DNA of 64,000 bases from Podarcis erhardii (lineage: Eukaryota), in the NCBI GenBank assembly GCA_964252035.1, contig OZ176201.1; one strand, written 5' to 3'. This document shows positions 62,927-64,000 of this stretch, piece by piece. The notes under the pieces were generated by a model, which saw only the letters and a list, made by a program, of their open reading frames with translations, was not told the origin of the DNA and made no database searches. Each line of letters starts with the position of its first letter. Position 1 is the stretch's first letter. The position numbers and the translations under genes were made by a program.

Positions 62927-64000
62927 AAATGCCATCAAGAAGTGAGGCGCTATCCTGCAAACACACACACCCCTCTTCCTAGTGTATAAAATCCATATAG
63001 TAGGACAGGCCCATGTCCATGTGTGCAGAATTGTGACTCACTTCGCAATGGCGTTCTGAAGAGAGATGTGATAAAGGTCACAGGCTGTTGCGATGAAGGT
63101 AGTAGTGGTGTCGGCAGTAGAGCAGAACAACAATACTACTCCAAGCAAAATACTCTTTCTCAGTCTCACCTTCATCTTTATTATATCATATCATGTAATT
63201 CATATTTTATATAATTTAATATAATATATAATTTAAAGCAGCAATGCTGGAATTTGAACCCGAACTCAGCCAGTCCAGTTGGAAGAGGCTGAGTCAGGCA
63301 AGGTAGCTATGCAGATGAAAGGGTTGCGTGGTGGTGCATGCAGAGATGGGATTTATTGTAAAGTTATAGGATGTACTTCATTGCCTTCACCTCATTTGCA
63401 TTGGTGTAAAAAAACCTGAACTTTTAAGGAAATTAAATCCAATTGCCTTGTAAGATATGCAAAACTGAAATTTGCTTTTCTTTTCTTTTAACTCCTTGTT
63501 GAAAGATGTTAGTCTTTTTAAAGATGAAGTATTTTAAAATTGTGTCCAATTACCGTATATTAAAGACAAATTGAAAAGCAAAACATAGTCTTAGTAGTGT
63601 TCTCTTCACCCTGCCCATCCCTTTCAGGATTTCAGATCTCAATCCTATGTATACACACCCAAAACAGAAAGAGAGACCTGAGCTCAGGCCTTATAGATTT
63701 GCCTTAAACGCTTTGAATGCAGACATGGTTTTCCTAGGGAAATCAAAGTGATTTGCTTAGGTGAGGCCATGAGTCCCCCCCCCCCTTTTTTTTGAAAACA
63801 CGTATTTTGTATTAAAACAGTAAAGAAAATAGCCCACCAACAACTGTGGCTAAAGTCCTCCCCAGATAATTTTATAGGAAGTTAAATACAAGTCACCTTG
63901 CTGTGACAGAAAATCATAAACATTTTTGAATATCTGATATACATAGAAACCGATCTTGATTAGAAACCTATGTTATTCTCTCTAACCCAAATGAAAGCAA

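Noticed and set aside
66-63214. Remaining short ORFs of the six-frame track
   Set aside because: They overlap repeats, microsatellites or antisense frames and show no recognisable domain or splice-consistent structure.
55600-64000. HoxC4 coding sequence or miR-10 in the CpG-rich region
   Set aside because: No homeobox, YPWM motif or miR-10-like sequence was recognised. Both are expected further upstream, outside the window.

Overview
Squamate genomic DNA, probably a lacertid lizard judging from Sauria-type SINEs and BovB. It covers the 3' edge of a Hox cluster, with the cluster reading on the minus strand. The only protein-coding gene I can support is a two-coding-exon paralogy-group-3 Hox gene (exons 46471-46144 and 44593-43914, 335 aa, GT-AG phase-1 intron, FPWMK hexapeptide, intact homeodomain). 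It is short, divergent and has no Hox2 neighbour in the 44 kb downstream, so it is most likely HoxC3, which mammals and birds have lost. Upstream of the gene (about 55.6-62.6 kb) is a CpG-rich stretch with no recognisable transposons. It carries a perfect DR5 retinoic-acid response element, Pbx-Hox and Meis motifs, and a candidate non-coding 5' exon. HoxC4 is expected beyond the right edge. The gene body and the 44 kb downstream are CpG-poor and heavily invaded by SINEs, LINE 3' ends (L2, CR1, L1, BovB) and Tc1/pogo- and hAT-type MITEs. Several repeat-free, motif-rich islands there look like conserved non-coding enhancers. There are two assembly gaps. All calls were made by eye; repeat family names and enhancer roles need database and experimental confirmation.
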